A program made the translations under genes and the position numbers. The notes beneath the pieces are model-generated. The model did no database searches, was not told the origin of the DNA, and saw only the letters and a program-made list of their open reading frames with translations. From Hemiscyllium ocellatum (taxonomy: Eukaryota): a stretch of 55,541 nucleotides of DNA. Shown one piece after another: positions 36,566 through 48,804 of the stretch (the stretch's first letter is position 1; each line of letters opens with the position of its first letter). The stretch covers positions 372,001-427,541 of the forward strand of contig NW_026867489.1 of assembly GCF_020745735.1 (NCBI RefSeq). Direction: 5' to 3'.

Positions 36566-39090
36566 AACATAAAATCTACTTCAGAATAATTGAATCCAGT
36601 CAATAAGAGAATCCAGCTTCCCCCTTGGTCTAATTTTATTTGCATGTCCATCATTCATAATCTGTTTAAATGAGTCCCCCTTGATGATTTTATGGCCTGA
36701 CTCAACTAAACCTGAATCCAGCGAGTTCTATGTGCGAAAGCAAAAGCAGAATTTCCTGAACATTTCTATTCGATCATATTTTTACATCTTAGACTATGAC
36801 TCGTCGTTTTAAAGTCCTCATTCAGCTGAAACATTGCCTCTATGTTAAACTCGCCAAAAACTTTCAACAGTCTTATCCTTATTAGAGAAACTAAGTGTCA
36901 TACAATTGGATTTTACAATTCCAAAGCTATTATCCCTAATCACACATTTTTATGATTCGTTTCCCTTTGGTCTTGCTGCTAAGACATAGAGAAAATTTGT
37001 TTCCAATTCCTCATGTGCAAAGGAACAAGTGTCTAATACTTACTGAAAATAGGTCTGATTTGGATCACACCGAGAAATAGAGAGATTGAACCCTTTTCTT
37101 AAGCGTATAATTACTCACCAAGAACGAATGTCGCTGAGGTCATTGCATAAGTCGACGATGCTCTGTTTCCTGGGCACTTGTTTGTCACTCTGAAATTTAC
37201 AGAATATCGATTAAGACAGAAAAAGAAAAACAAAATATTGGCTTAGATTAGTTTGATATCATTTGTTTCGGAGCTAGGAACTGTTATCACTGACATTTGG
37301 TTGGCGATGTGTCATTTTCGCACGAAACGTCGGTCTTCCTGAGAACAAACTCACATTCTGCTGATTAGATAAAATAAACCGATAATGGGTGAATACAGAC
37401 AGCCTGGGCTGTAATAAATCTGAAAGTCTTCTCTTTCATTTGATTTTATTTTTAACTCAAGAATTCGAGATGCAATGTATATGAGATGTTTTGCTTATTT
37501 TATCCACAGTGATAAATCAGACTCAATTTGTCGTTGTGTTTGGCTTTGATTAATTATGCACCTGTGACGGACAAGGTATTTCCTTGTCACTTTCTGTAAG
37601 TGATTCATGGATGTGGAATTAATGGCATTGAGGGACCTGAAGCTCAAAAAGGAGACAACATCATGAGGCGGAAACAGCCAGTGAATTTGGCAAATCGAAA
37701 TGTCATGGAATATTTTTAATGGGAGCTGTAAATACTTGTCCAGGATTGCTCCTGCGAATAGAACACATGCCAGTATAAAGGAACATCATGAAGTCGAATT
37801 GATGGTCGGTGGCTTGTTTTCAAGGTTGGAGTCAATCCTTTGAGCAAAAAATGATCAATTCATATGGACCAGGAGAAAGGGACAACGAGTTCATTTTTCC
37901 AATGAGCGGACAACAGGGTTTCATAGGAAGATTAAACCGATGTTCACATTTAATTGTTTTCTTTTTACAGTCAAAGAAAGAACACAGTTCATGTTACTCG
38001 AACATTAGACCTGGAGTCCCCGTTGACAAAGTTGATTTCTGAATATGACAGTTCCCTCCAGACCCTGCGGAGGGTCACTGGATCTGAGGGATTTAGGCTC
38101 AGTGATGAGATGGATAAACAATTACATTCTTAATGGCTTAACGGTGGAGGGTTTTATTTTTCCAACATCTATTAGTAAGATACTTCGGAAATGAATTTGT
38201 TATACATTTACTTTGTGCCATTGCAAATGTAACTACTGTACTGATAACAGTTTTTCTATAGTACCTGTAGAAGACGGCTCACTGTCACATTTTCAAGGAC
38301 TTTTACCGCTGAATGGCCCATTCTCTAGCGGCGCCAAAATGGCACAAAGGAACTTTAAATAGATATATAATAGAGTGTCTCTCCAGACATGAAGGAAATT
38401 GAGAAAGATAGCAGAGATACACATTAAGACAGCATTCAAAACCTGATGGAAATGAATGTACTCCTGCCAAAGTTACAGGTGACATAACACCAGTGTGAAG
38501 GCATGTGGGGAGAATGCACAACGCTTTTTACGAGAAGAGAACGATATATTGATTTTAGGACAGTAAGAAATCCTTGAACTGATCCATGGATTCTGCGATC
38601 TCACAAATGCTGTCAATCAGAAAATGAAAACACATAAGAATAGGTGTTATCGATAGGTTTTTGTGCATCATTTTAGAAACAATTGGACTGTGTATTTATT
38701 AGTAAAATGTGAGTCATGTCAAAGGGAAGGCCACTTCCTTCACATTTTATTAAGTTATGGTTTATTCTGATCATATCTGTGCATCACACTCGCGAAGTTT
38801 CACATTCATCCATTTCTCTTCAAATGTTTTCTCATCAATCTAGTCTTTGCAGAATATTTTGCTGTATTTCTGCCAGTTATATTTGTGTCCAGCATTACTG
38901 TAGTTTTTCATTTATTGTCTAGCATCATCTCCGTGAACATTTCCAATTCTTTTCACTTCTGACTTCTTTATATTTGCACCTGCATACTTAATATTTTCGT
39001 TTTCACTCCGCCTAATCTTTGTAATGTGGAGATGTGAATTCGTAACATTGATACTTCAAACTCAGCATTGTGGTCCTCCCCTTTGGTGTA

Positions 39091-39129
39091 AGTTTATGCT
39101 GAGATGATTTATCTGTTTGCAACACTGTG
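39091..39129 (-). other. 23-bp-spacer RSS
   Basis: CACAGTG (perfect) - 23 nt - GCATAAACT. Confidence 0.88.
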
Positions 39130-39461
39130 CATTAGTAGCACAGAGATATGTGCTGGTATCACTAGGTTTGGCATCGCTCACATTCAATGTACTTTGCAGC
39201 CTTCACTGGTTGAGGAGCTGATACTTTGTGTTAATCAGCTTCCCTTGTGGCCGTCACATGATACTGGGGTCACTCATTGGGTAGCCAGTTGTACCAATGC
39301 ACCGTAATAAATGCCATCGTTGTGGAGGAGTTTGAGAATGTGGTTCTGGCTTCATTAACAATTGCCTCCGAGGAGGTGGTAGCACTTGAAATTCCACAAT
39401 CACTTCCGTGGAGTTCAGTGTGGGAACCAACAAAAGGACTGTGTGGGAACCAACAAAAGGA
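39130..39461 (-). pseudogene. TCR alpha V pseudogene
   Basis: AIVNEARTTFSNSSTTMAFITVHWYNWLPNE*PQYHV...(frameshift) STLNVSDAKPSDTSTYLCATN followed by an RSS. A 23-bp tandem duplication (39418-39463) spans the splice acceptor. Confidence 0.85.
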
Positions 39462-39738
39462 CTGTGTAAATTGGAAACATTACCAAATTACATGAAACGT
39501 GGAATTAATAACTTGTCCAGAGAAGATCCTTTTCGGTCCAGGAGATAAATATTTAATGTTAACAAAAAAAATCTTCTTCAAGACTCACTTCGAGCCAACT
39601 TCTTCTCGGAATTAAGGAAGTAACTGTTTCTTTCCGTTTCCCTCTCAGTGCCAAATGTTTCACTCGAATATGTGCTTTCTGTCTGCAAGTACACTCTGGC
39701 TCCAACCCTGCAAGTTCAATCATTACCACAGACACGCA

Positions 39739-39762
39739 TTGCCCTCTAGTGGAATTCCTGCA
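39739..39762 (-). promoter_or_regulatory. Strong CTCF-like site with upstream module
   Basis: Minus strand TGCAGGAATT-CCACTAGAGGGCAA: 13/14 match to CCASYAGRKGGCRS plus an upstream TGCAG element. Confidence 0.6.
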
Positions 39763-41732
39763 AGTTGATTTTTTTTTCTCTCACCACGATGTCAAGGTGC
39801 CAGTGCTGTGCTGGAGTGGGCAAAATTAAACTAACAAAATACAAGATTTTAGCCCAACAGGTTAATTTGAAAGTCAAATGTTATGATGCTATGAAAGGGA
39901 TGTGATGATATCAGAAAAGTTAATTCATCATTTCGATAGAGTAACAGTCAAACCATTTCTTTTTTCTCTTATACTGTCTGTTTTTTCACTGCAGTGTAAT
40001 AATAAAGTGTGCAATTGCCTAAAATCAAACACGTTGACCAATCGAATTGCATCTGGAATGCAATGCACAGCCAAGGATTATCTGTTTTGTGAGCACAGCT
40101 CGACTGAAATCATTGCTTAGCAGAAGGCATATTGGAAATCCAAGTAATGGCATCAGCGAAGCTGAAACAATAATTCCTCCTCCCGTGTTAGCATTTGAAG
40201 ACATCTTTAGTTGAGTCTGAAAACGGCTTTCATTCAGATCAAAAACAGAAATAAAATAAGACCCGTGTTTGCAATTCAGACTGAGATCATCATTTCGAAA
40301 CGAGATTTTTTTTTCGAATCAGCTATAAGACATTGCATTGCACACGCCATCCTCCACCACCTAACATTCCCCTCTCGCTGTATAATGGAAGTAAGCGAGG
40401 GCTGCAGTGACGCTATTGTTCAGCACGAGATATGAGCTTGAAAAATATCTCTTTAAATGCACCCTAAAAAGTCTTCAATCATAATACTGGATGCTCTTGG
40501 CAAACGTTATTGCGTTCAAAATAATGTTTTGAAACATATCAACAAATGAACAAGACTAAGACCAATCGCCGTGAATGCCTGGATAATAGAAATGCGTAAA
40601 TCGTCGCAATGGGCTTGCAGCAATTGAACAGTCATTTTTAAAACTAACATTGGTTCTTGATTGTCATAAGATAACGCTGAACAGACCTCAGAAAAGCAAA
40701 CAGAATCGTGGCGAGTTTGCCATCGACTCTGAAAATTTCAAATTTCTACCTTATTGAATGTGTTCCTTTTTGGGTACACGTTCCTCAACCAGAGTCGTTC
40801 TCATCAAGTAATCTGTCTGCATTCAACGGTGTCTGTTTCAGAGAGCAGACAAAGAGAAAGAGGCACATAGTAAATTTTCAAATTTACAAAGTTGATAAAA
40901 TAGCTGAATATAGTTTAATGTTTTTAATGGACCATGCCAAACCCCTCGCAAAACTTTTCAAGAAGGCAGCCCACACCCTAAACTTTCTAGTTGTTGTAAG
41001 CAAGTGTAAGTGGATATTCCACGCAGTTTGCCCAACCACGTATTTTTAAACAAAGCAGGATTTATTTGCAGACTAATGAATGAAACACGAAGAGAAAGAA
41101 CGGAATTTAGACTAACTGAACTTATTAGAAACCCTAATAGTCACTCTTGTAAGTTAATGATGCTATTCCAAATGTTTGCAACATCCGCATAAAGACTCTC
41201 TTGCAAAAAACACGTCAAAACGATCAGATTCTCACAGGAGAGATGTCAGAGAGAGAGCATCAGCATGGGACTGTTTCTTTGACAGGCAGCCTCAAACTGA
41301 CTTTTTGCTAAAACCAAACCAAATCAAATCCTAAACTACAAGAACTGGTCTGCTCCCTTTCAATGTACAATTTTTAAAATATTAAAAACAAGGCTTAAAT
41401 CCTTTTGCTGGCAGATGCCTCCCGACTTTTCAGAACCGCTGCCTTTACGACCCCTCCAACAAAAAAAAACAAGGACAACATTACCTTTTCAAATGTGCAA
41501 CATCTTCAGAGTGCACCACATATCAAATCATAAACTTCATTTTTTGACACTTGCAAGTTAAATTACAAAGAATCATCATTTCTCTTGTTTTCCTTACATC
41601 TTATTATTGAATGTTTTACTGTGTTTTCATATTTCATGAGTGAATCTGTGTCTCTCTTTTGGATGGATTATTGTTTCAGTTTATTTTTGTGAGAGCTCCC
41701 TCAGGTGGACATAAATCAGAACTCTCAGGGTA

Positions 41733-41770
41733 GGTTTTTGTGCAGGGGCAGCGATGTCTGCAGCAGTGTG
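41733..41770 (-). other. RSS (23-type; spacer counts as 22 bp)
   Basis: CACACTG - 22 nt - ACAAAAACC (consensus nonamer). Confidence 0.9.
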
Positions 41771-42203
41771 GGCTCCATGGCACAGAAATACACGGCGCTA
41801 TCGGAGAGGAGAACTGGAGAGATGGTTAGAGTAACTGTTTCTCTTTGTTTGTACAGAACAACAGAAAATCTGTCCTGCAAATCTTCAGATATTTCTGTGT
41901 TTCCCGTGGAATACACTTTTGCGACATATCTCAGAACGTCCTCAGGATACTGAATGTACCAGAACACAGTTCGAAAAGAAGATGTCGAGTAACTGCAATT
42001 TAATGCTACGTTCTGTCGTTCCAGGACAATTAATTCATGTGGATCTTGGAATACAGCATCTTCCCCTTTGGTCGCTGTAAAAAGGAACAATCTATCAAAT
42101 GTCTGGACGGGAATATAACTCTTGAAAGAACTGCTGTACATTACAACATAGACTCACCACACAGTACGACCAATATCGTTAAGAAAGAAAATGGGAGGCA
42201 CAT
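41771..42203 (-). CDS. Intact TCR alpha/delta V gene segment (leader 42158-42203, V exon 41771-42074)
   Basis: 46-nt leader MCLPFSFLTILVVLC|GTGAGT, 83-bp intron and TACAG acceptor. The V exon reads ATKGEDAVFQDPHELIVLERQNVALNCSYSTSSFRTVFWYIQYP...DRFSVVLYKQRETVTLTISPVLLSDSAVYFCAMEP, with all hallmark residues intact. Confidence 0.93.
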
Positions 42204-43779
42204 TTTACTTCTTCCACATTTGCAGAACTGTAGCAGCATCTATAAAATATGTTGAGAACTCCAATCCGATGTGAAATAGTGAACTCAGATCAGGCACACA
42301 CTTCACTCCAGAGGGAGAAAAAAAGAAGTGTTTCCTACGACACAGTATTGGTTGAACGCTCAGTGCTGACGAAGTTTGAATACCAATCACTGTTGATCGC
42401 AGACAAATGACGTTTTCTGGTTGTTTCCGTATCTCCATATGCTGTCTTTCTCTGTATCTACGGATTTGCAGTCTCTTTAGTACTCTTGTTCCTCTCTCAA
42501 TCGCATAAGCTCTCCACATCACAATTATGTACTGTGTCTGAACACAAATCTCATTTTAATGTCGGTCTAAGTAGAATGTGTAAAAATTCCAATTCATCCA
42601 ATTCCCCCAATCCAAATACTAGTAATTGCTTCTTGAATGGAAAAATTCAATTCCATCTCTGATTTAAAATGAAAATGGAATCTTCTACACCGAAATTCTT
42701 AGTATCCAGAAAGAGTGTGAGTCAAGTTCTTATCTGTATCATAGAGTCATAGATATATATTCTTTTTGCAGTCTGATAAGACCAGAATATCAACGCGGTT
42801 TTCCTGATTTCACTTTCTTAAACCAACATGAAATGACAGACATGGACGAAAGTTTAAGTTCAAAGGAGGAAAATTAGGTTTAATTTTGAAGTCAATATTT
42901 TTTCCGCGTTTCTGCCTATCGGGAGTAAATATTATAAATACAGGAATAAAGCATAATCATGAGGTCTAATTATTTAAGAAAACAATTCCGAAAAACTTCA
43001 ATTTAGAGATTTTGCAGGCCAGACTATTTCACTCATATTATGAGAAACCGAAGCTCCGAAGTCGACTTTATAGCAGGTCCCACTTCGTTAATATCAATGC
43101 TGTGTACTAGGTCAAAAATCCGTTCGTTCTGGATTAACAATCTGGTTCCGTAAACTGAATTTTGCTTGGCAATGTATTATTCTGAGTTTAGCTAATCGAA
43201 TAGACTTCTGAAATTACTGCTAGTATTTTGAATGGAGAACTAGATCGGGATAAATTCCACTTGATTCAGAATGTTGTGCAGGAAAAGAAATCTGTTGTTC
43301 TCTGTAATTTACTTAGGACCTCAATGTCTCAGGTGCAAGCATAACTGTAATTTTCCTTCTTCATTTCCCATTGTATTTATGCAGCGAAGAAGATATTTAA
43401 TGGAAACAGAACACGGCTGAGCAATGCTGTTTGAAATTTCCAAAACAATCCACTTTGATGATTCCAATTAACCCTTTGTATCATAAAAGTGTTAACTTTG
43501 ACCCTCAAACTTGCATTAATTAATGTCTTAAAATACAACTCTAATTAAAAATAAAAGATCTTGCAGTAGTCAGAAGATGCATCTGCTATGTTTTCTGTGT
43601 ATACGAGGCAATGTTCGGCTGTCGCACCACGTGACACAATGTTGCACATTAAAGAAAAGGAGCAACCAAACAGAAGAGCTGTACAGACTCTGCACATCTT
43701 CACAGAGCCAAATGTGGAGAGAAAGAGAAGAACCAGCTACAGAAACATCACGGTTTGATGTGGAAGAGAAATGAAGGCT

Positions 43780-44600
43780 CAAATAACTATAGAAAGAAAA
43801 AGCAAAAGCGATAAATAGAATGATACATACACTGCTAAAAAAGTTGTAGTGGGAAACAATGGGGAATATAAAAGGGGAATCAAACAGAAAGGGAAGTGGA
43901 GCAAGGGAGAGGGTAAGGGAGTGGAAGAAGAGTCAGAAATACAGATACAGAAGCGAGACACAAAGAAAGACGTAGAAAATGAGTGGAACACAACCAGAAA
44001 CAGAAATAGCGAGATAAAGAAAACCGAGATAGAACAATTGGGAGAGAGATAGTACAGAGACACAGACAGAGAGAGACAATGGAGAGAAACAGAGAGAGAG
44101 AGAAAGACAGAGAGAGCGAGAGAGAGAGCAGAAGCAGAATTATGAGGGCGTAGAACATTGTGGATGGATAGAGAGAGCGAGGCATAAATGTATTCATTTT
44201 AAAGGAGATAGGGAAGGAAACACGGAGAGAATGACGACAAATTGTAGGATGAAAAATAAAAGAGGAGGCTCATGGAGAAACATATAGACACCTGTGAATT
44301 GGAGTAAAAATGTAGCATTCAAGGGTAGAGAACACGAGAAACATAGAGACTGAGAGTGACTGACAAAAAGCCATTGAGAGAAGCAGAAGCATATGGCAAT
44401 ATGTAGAGGAAGAGAGAGAGGTGTATAGGGGGAAAATATTCTGTGAGAAAGACAGAAGAAAATTTCAAAGTGAGAGCAGTTTTAAATCTCAGTAAAGGAG
44501 ATAGTACAACAGCCCAATGTCTCAACATTGAGGCAAAGAGATGTTCAATGCATATGTGGAATTAATCCGCCATTAGTGAGCAAGAGAGAAGGAAGCCAAA
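43780..44600. repeat. GA/AG-rich low-complexity region with degenerate (GA)n tracts
   Basis: Strong purine skew and gagagaga runs. It produces spurious ORFs. Confidence 0.8.
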
Positions 44601-45758
44601 AAACGATCATTAAGATGTAGTAAAGGTGAAGAGCATTTTGGGAAAAATAGGCAAAAAACAAAATGAATGCAAAAATCAAACAAGTATGAATCGGGACCAT
44701 GTAAATGAAATGGAACAATCAGCAAATTGAGAGTTTTTGCAATAAAATGACGACAACGAATGAAAAGCGAATAAATGGAGAAAGATCTTGTTGACCAAAC
44801 AGAAGACTTAGTTCAAGTCAGATGCAGATTAAATCCGTTTCAAGGTCGAAATTTTGAATGACTCCACATCTCCTCTGCTTTGAGTGAATAATTTCAGAAT
44901 CATTGTTGAAAAAAAACTATGCTGGTGGAGCTTTTTGCCTTACGTATTTCAGGGCAGATGCAAGAATGAAAAGAAAGGATTAACTTATGCTATCGGAGAA
45001 TGCTGTTTTATTATCACTCCTTTTCACCACCCGTTTTCCTGACGTGACGAATTGCAGAACAGAACAGTATTTAGCTCGCTGAGTTTTGTGTAAAACAATG
45101 GATTTCCAATTGGATTAGATGTTACCTTCTGTCTCAGACCAGAAGAAGCCAATCAGTACAGTGACTGGTATCAGTATGCCGTCCCATTTCTTGACGAATA
45201 ATCATTTCAGCCAGAACAAATTTCGGTGAAAATCTATCATCATATCTGTCGAAACATGTTGGAAGTTTATTTTTGCTTTATTATTGCTGTTGCAGCTCTC
45301 TTAGTTTGCAAGTTGAGAATTTATTCATGACTTCAGTTCACAAATATCGCGTTTATTACATGTAATCTAAGCACAGTAACGCCCATATTTTGATGTAGAA
45401 AGGAAAGAGTTGGGGTCTTCCTGAACCCCTCCCTGAAGTAAATGGTATACATCAGCTGAACGTTTTTGCTGAATGGTTCATGAACCGAGCCCATCAAAGG
45501 AATTTAATGCTTGGCATGATAAACGCCAGATGCATATTAACATTGCTTTATAACACAGTGGAGAAATGGACTTCAAAGAAGACATTCAAATTGCACCAAA
45601 ACACACGAAATTACTCGTTGCAGAACATGTCCTTAATACGCTTCGATATATGTTTGTAAATTAGTGCTCAAAAAAGTGTCATTTATTTAAATATTTCCGG
45701 GGAGAAGGTCAACGTGATATATCATCATTTAACTTAATATGTCTATGTGCTTTAACAG

Positions 45759-46061
45759 GGCACTGTACGAAGAGACTGGTTTCCACAGACACGAACTGAA
45801 ACGGTAAATGTAGGCCATGACGTTAAATTATTCTGTAATTACACAATTGCAAGCAGCAGCTTGTCTTACCTGTTCGGTTACCTTCAATATTGAAGTGGAT
45901 CCATTGCGTTTTTGATACATAAGAATAGGTTTAGAGACAATGCAGAAGAAACTCCACAGATCGTTTCTCAGTGAAACTCACTGAATCGAACCGAACTGTG
46001 CTTCTAAAACCTGTGAAAGCACATCTGACGGGCTCCACTGTGTATTATTGTACACTGAGAC
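45759..46061 (+). pseudogene. TCR alpha/delta V pseudogene
   Basis: After a TTTAACAG acceptor: TVRRDWFPQTRTETVNVGHDVKLFCNYTIASSSLSYLFGYLQY*SGSIAFLIH...(frameshift) DRFSVKLTESNRTVLL...STVYYCTLR. Confidence 0.8.
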
Positions 46062-46100
46062 CACCAGAGACAGAGAATTTGAGTGAACCTGACAAGAACT
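46062..46100 (+). other. Degenerate 23-bp-spacer RSS
   Basis: CACCAGA - 23 nt - ACAAGAACT. Confidence 0.55.
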
Positions 46101-46499
46101 GTTAGACTGCCGAGCAACGTGCCAGCGAGTGAGCGAGTTGAGGTATTGACAGATGGTTCATCAGTGGCAAGTCACGATTAACCCCATCATTCATGATGTT
46201 TTCATGCATTCGATTTTATACTAACTGCATGAGTAGAAGTGAATTCAGATGCAATTTTACATTTGTACTTTTATAGTTAGCATTATATGCAAGCAGATTC
46301 ATCACCGTGAACAAAGAACAAATGAAGGGCAAAATTCTATATTTGGAAGAAAACGTGGGAGGGAAGCACACTGACAGGGTGGGGTGACTGCAAATTGATC
46401 ACTGGCATCAGTTAAACTGAAGTGAAATTAGAATAAATGGCTGTGAACAACTTTTGTAGTTTTCTGTTTATTGGGCAGATCAGAATGGCGGAAAAAAAA

Positions 46500-46822
46500 T
46501 CTGCAAGGGACTCATTAGTTAACGTTGCTGCCTCACACGAACAGGGAGTAATGTTTGTTTCCACCCCCCAGTGACTGTCTGTGTGGAACTTGATTAATTC
46601 CAACATCCCCCCTCACCATGCACCCGTGTCTGCATGAATTTCCTCAGGTTCCCTGGTTTTCTCCGACACTTCAAAGGTGTGCAAATTAAGTGGCTTAGTC
46701 ATGAGGAAATCCAGAGTTACATGGATAGTTTAGATCGTTCCAGGTGGGATGCTGTTTGTTAGGACGGTGCGGATTCATTGACTGAATGGCCTGCTTCCAT
46801 ACTGTAGTGATTCTATGATTCA
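46500..46822 (+). mobile_element. Old HE1/V-SINE-like copy
   Basis: gttgctgcctcac, gactgtctgtgtggaa, cccgtgtctgcatgaatttcctc, and the end gaatggcctgcttccatactgtagtgattctatgattc. Confidence 0.8.
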
Positions 46823-47237
46823 GTAGCTGCAAAATACAATAAGTTGCAGGCTGTAGGCGAACCATGTAAATTCAATGCAGAGATGAATGCATGTACCGTT
46901 TCGCACTATCAGATTCATAAATATGCCTGGCACCAAGTGAAAATTAATGTCGACTCTGCACTTGCATAATATTTAATCTAATTCAAAGCGTTGCTTCTGC
47001 TTGTTGTTAACTGCTTAGCGTTTTTCGGATTAGTTCTTTTGTTTTTAACATTTAGTCAAGTTTTTCTTCGCCGGAACCAGATCAGCTATGGTCAGCTTTC
47101 GTGAACATACTGCTGCATTATGTTCAGAAAGAATTCGATGCAAAAGGCGCGGGTAAAGCGCCTATTCTTTCACACTTGTATTTTTAATCGTTTCACCTGG
47201 CTTGTATTCGCCTGAATTTAGACGAACGGGCGCGGCA

Positions 47238-47620
47238 GGACCTCAGAGAAACATATAAAATAATGAAGGGATTTGACAGCTTAGATTGTGAGAGAATGCT
47301 TCCGATATTGGGGAAGTCCGGAATTAGTGTCACAGTCTCAGAATTAAAGATAATCCATTCGTGACTGAGAAGAGGAATCATTTCTTACCTGGGAGAGATA
47401 TGAACCTTTGGAATTCTGTGTCAGGGACAGCTGTTGAAGTATGTAAATTAGCTATATTCATGGAATAGCTGGACATGGCCCTTGTTATTATTGTGATCAA
47501 GAGGCACAGAGAGACAGCGAAAGTGGGATATTAAAATTGCATGATCAGCCATGAGCATATTGAATGGGGCTTTTGATCTGAGGGGCCAAATAGCCTAACA
47601 CTTACACTTAATTTCTATGT
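47238..47620 (+). mobile_element. CR1-type LINE 3' fragment
   Basis: DLRETYKIMKGFDSLDCERMLP..., then the 3' UTR gatcagccatg...gggccaaatagcct. Confidence 0.75.
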
Positions 47621-47633
47621 TTGCATTTTTAAG

Positions 47634-48120
47634 TTAAAAATCACACAACGCCAGGTTATAGTCCAAGAGGTTTATTTGGAAGCATTAGCTTTCGTTGTGC
47701 TGTGTCGGTAGTTGTGGAGAATAAGATTGTAAGGCACATAATTTATCGCAAAAACTTACAATGTGATGTAACTGAAATTGTATGTTCAAAAAGAAATACA
47801 ATGCCTTACCTTGGCCGACGAGACATTAATTGTTAACGTGCACTTGAAAATGTACTTATTAAACAAATGGTTTTACGATTAACATAGGAAAGAACTGAAA
47901 ACAAGATAGTCATTCAAAAAGATGGGAGACTTAACAAATAATGCAGGTCATTTTCAAAATATAATCTCAGGGCCATCGCACTGTAAAGTTTTGCTATAAA
48001 TTCTGTGACTTACAAACTTATTCTCCACAATCACCTGATGAAGGAGGAGCACTCTGAAAACTAGTGCTTTCAAATCTACCTGTTTAATTATAATCTGGTG
48101 CTGGGTGAAGTTTCAACTTT
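47634..48120. mobile_element. Penelope-like element remnant with inverted terminal repeats and hammerhead core
   Basis: The left arm (aaaaatcacacaacgccaggttatagtcc...gtggagaataagattgtaag) is the reverse complement of the right arm (cttacaaacttattctccacaatcacctgatgaaggagg...). CTGATGA-AGGAG..CTCT-GAAA at 48035-48059. Confidence 0.65.
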
Positions 48121-48246
48121 GTGCACCCCAGTATAACACTGACGTCTCCAAATCATATCTATTTTTAAGCAGCACTATTAAGCTTAGTAAGTATAGGTTT
48201 CTTTTCAATGTGCCCCCAGCCCATTCGCCGTTCCCCATGACAGCAG

Positions 48247-48285
48247 AGTTTTTGCACGAAATTCCACCTGTTTCATGTCACTGTG
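48247..48285 (-). other. 23-bp-spacer RSS
   Basis: CACAGTG - 23 nt - GCAAAAACT. Confidence 0.9.
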
Positions 48286-48804
48286 TCTCTCAGCCCGCAG
48301 TAATATACTGCACTGTCTGACAGCCGCAGTCCGCTGATAGTGAAATTCCCCTCGTGTTTTGAAATATCCAGAAATGCAGAAAATCTATCGCCAACACTGT
48401 GTGCTTTGAAAACATTTTCATGTGATGACTTGCAGCTCAATGCTGTAAGGGATTCTCCACCGTCCTGATCGTACAGACGGTACAGTTTTGAGAAATAGAA
48501 GGCAGCCGAAATCAAATAACCGAAGTAAACTGTTACTGAGTCTCCTTCAATCTCAGTTACTGTAATTGGTTTAAGTGAGACCTAATGCGCACGACGAACC
48601 GCTGCAGAAATTTAGATTTGAAAAAAAAATATTTTAGCGTTACATTCTGCAATCAATGCAAAGGCATTTATTGCAAATGGAGGGAGAGTACAATTGAAGA
48701 GCAAGTTGTCCGTGTCATCGACAATTGAGAATTGTTAGAGTGGAGAACTTACCTGTTAAGAAAGCTGAAGCAGTGAGGAATGACTTAGTAAAAATACCTG
48801 ACAT
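48286..48804 (-). pseudogene. TCR alpha/delta V pseudogene of the same subfamily as 34660-34966 (leader 48753-48804, V exon 48286-48601)
   Basis: Leader MSGIFTKSFLTASAFLT|GTAAG and CTGCAG acceptor. In-frame TAG at 48582-48584. The exon reads EIEGDSVTVYFGY..SKLYR...VGDRFSAFLDISKHEGNFTISGLRLSDSAVYYCGLRD. Confidence 0.88.

Noticed and set aside
36650-37160. Possible minus-strand leader (GTGAGT donor near 37112) and very decayed V (NCKIQ..., SHIELA-DSG)
   Set aside because: No ATG, many stops, and no Trp or second Cys motif or RSS that I could confirm.
43590-43675. Possible V 3' end plus RSS (SAV-APRD, CACAATG-23-ACCAAACAG)
   Set aside because: There is no YYC cysteine and no convincing upstream V frame, and the nonamer is weak. 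It could be chance or a very old relic.
43570-44528. ORFs in the GA-rich tract
   Set aside because: Low-complexity translations (Ser/Leu/Phe or Glu/Arg/Lys rich) with no domain signal.
13132-48804. NAR-TCR, IgH-like V, D, J or C segments
   Set aside because: I found no 12-bp-spacer RSS, FGxG J motif, constant exon or leaderless supporting V. Exact V family assignment (alpha versus delta) needs a phylogenetic comparison I could not run.
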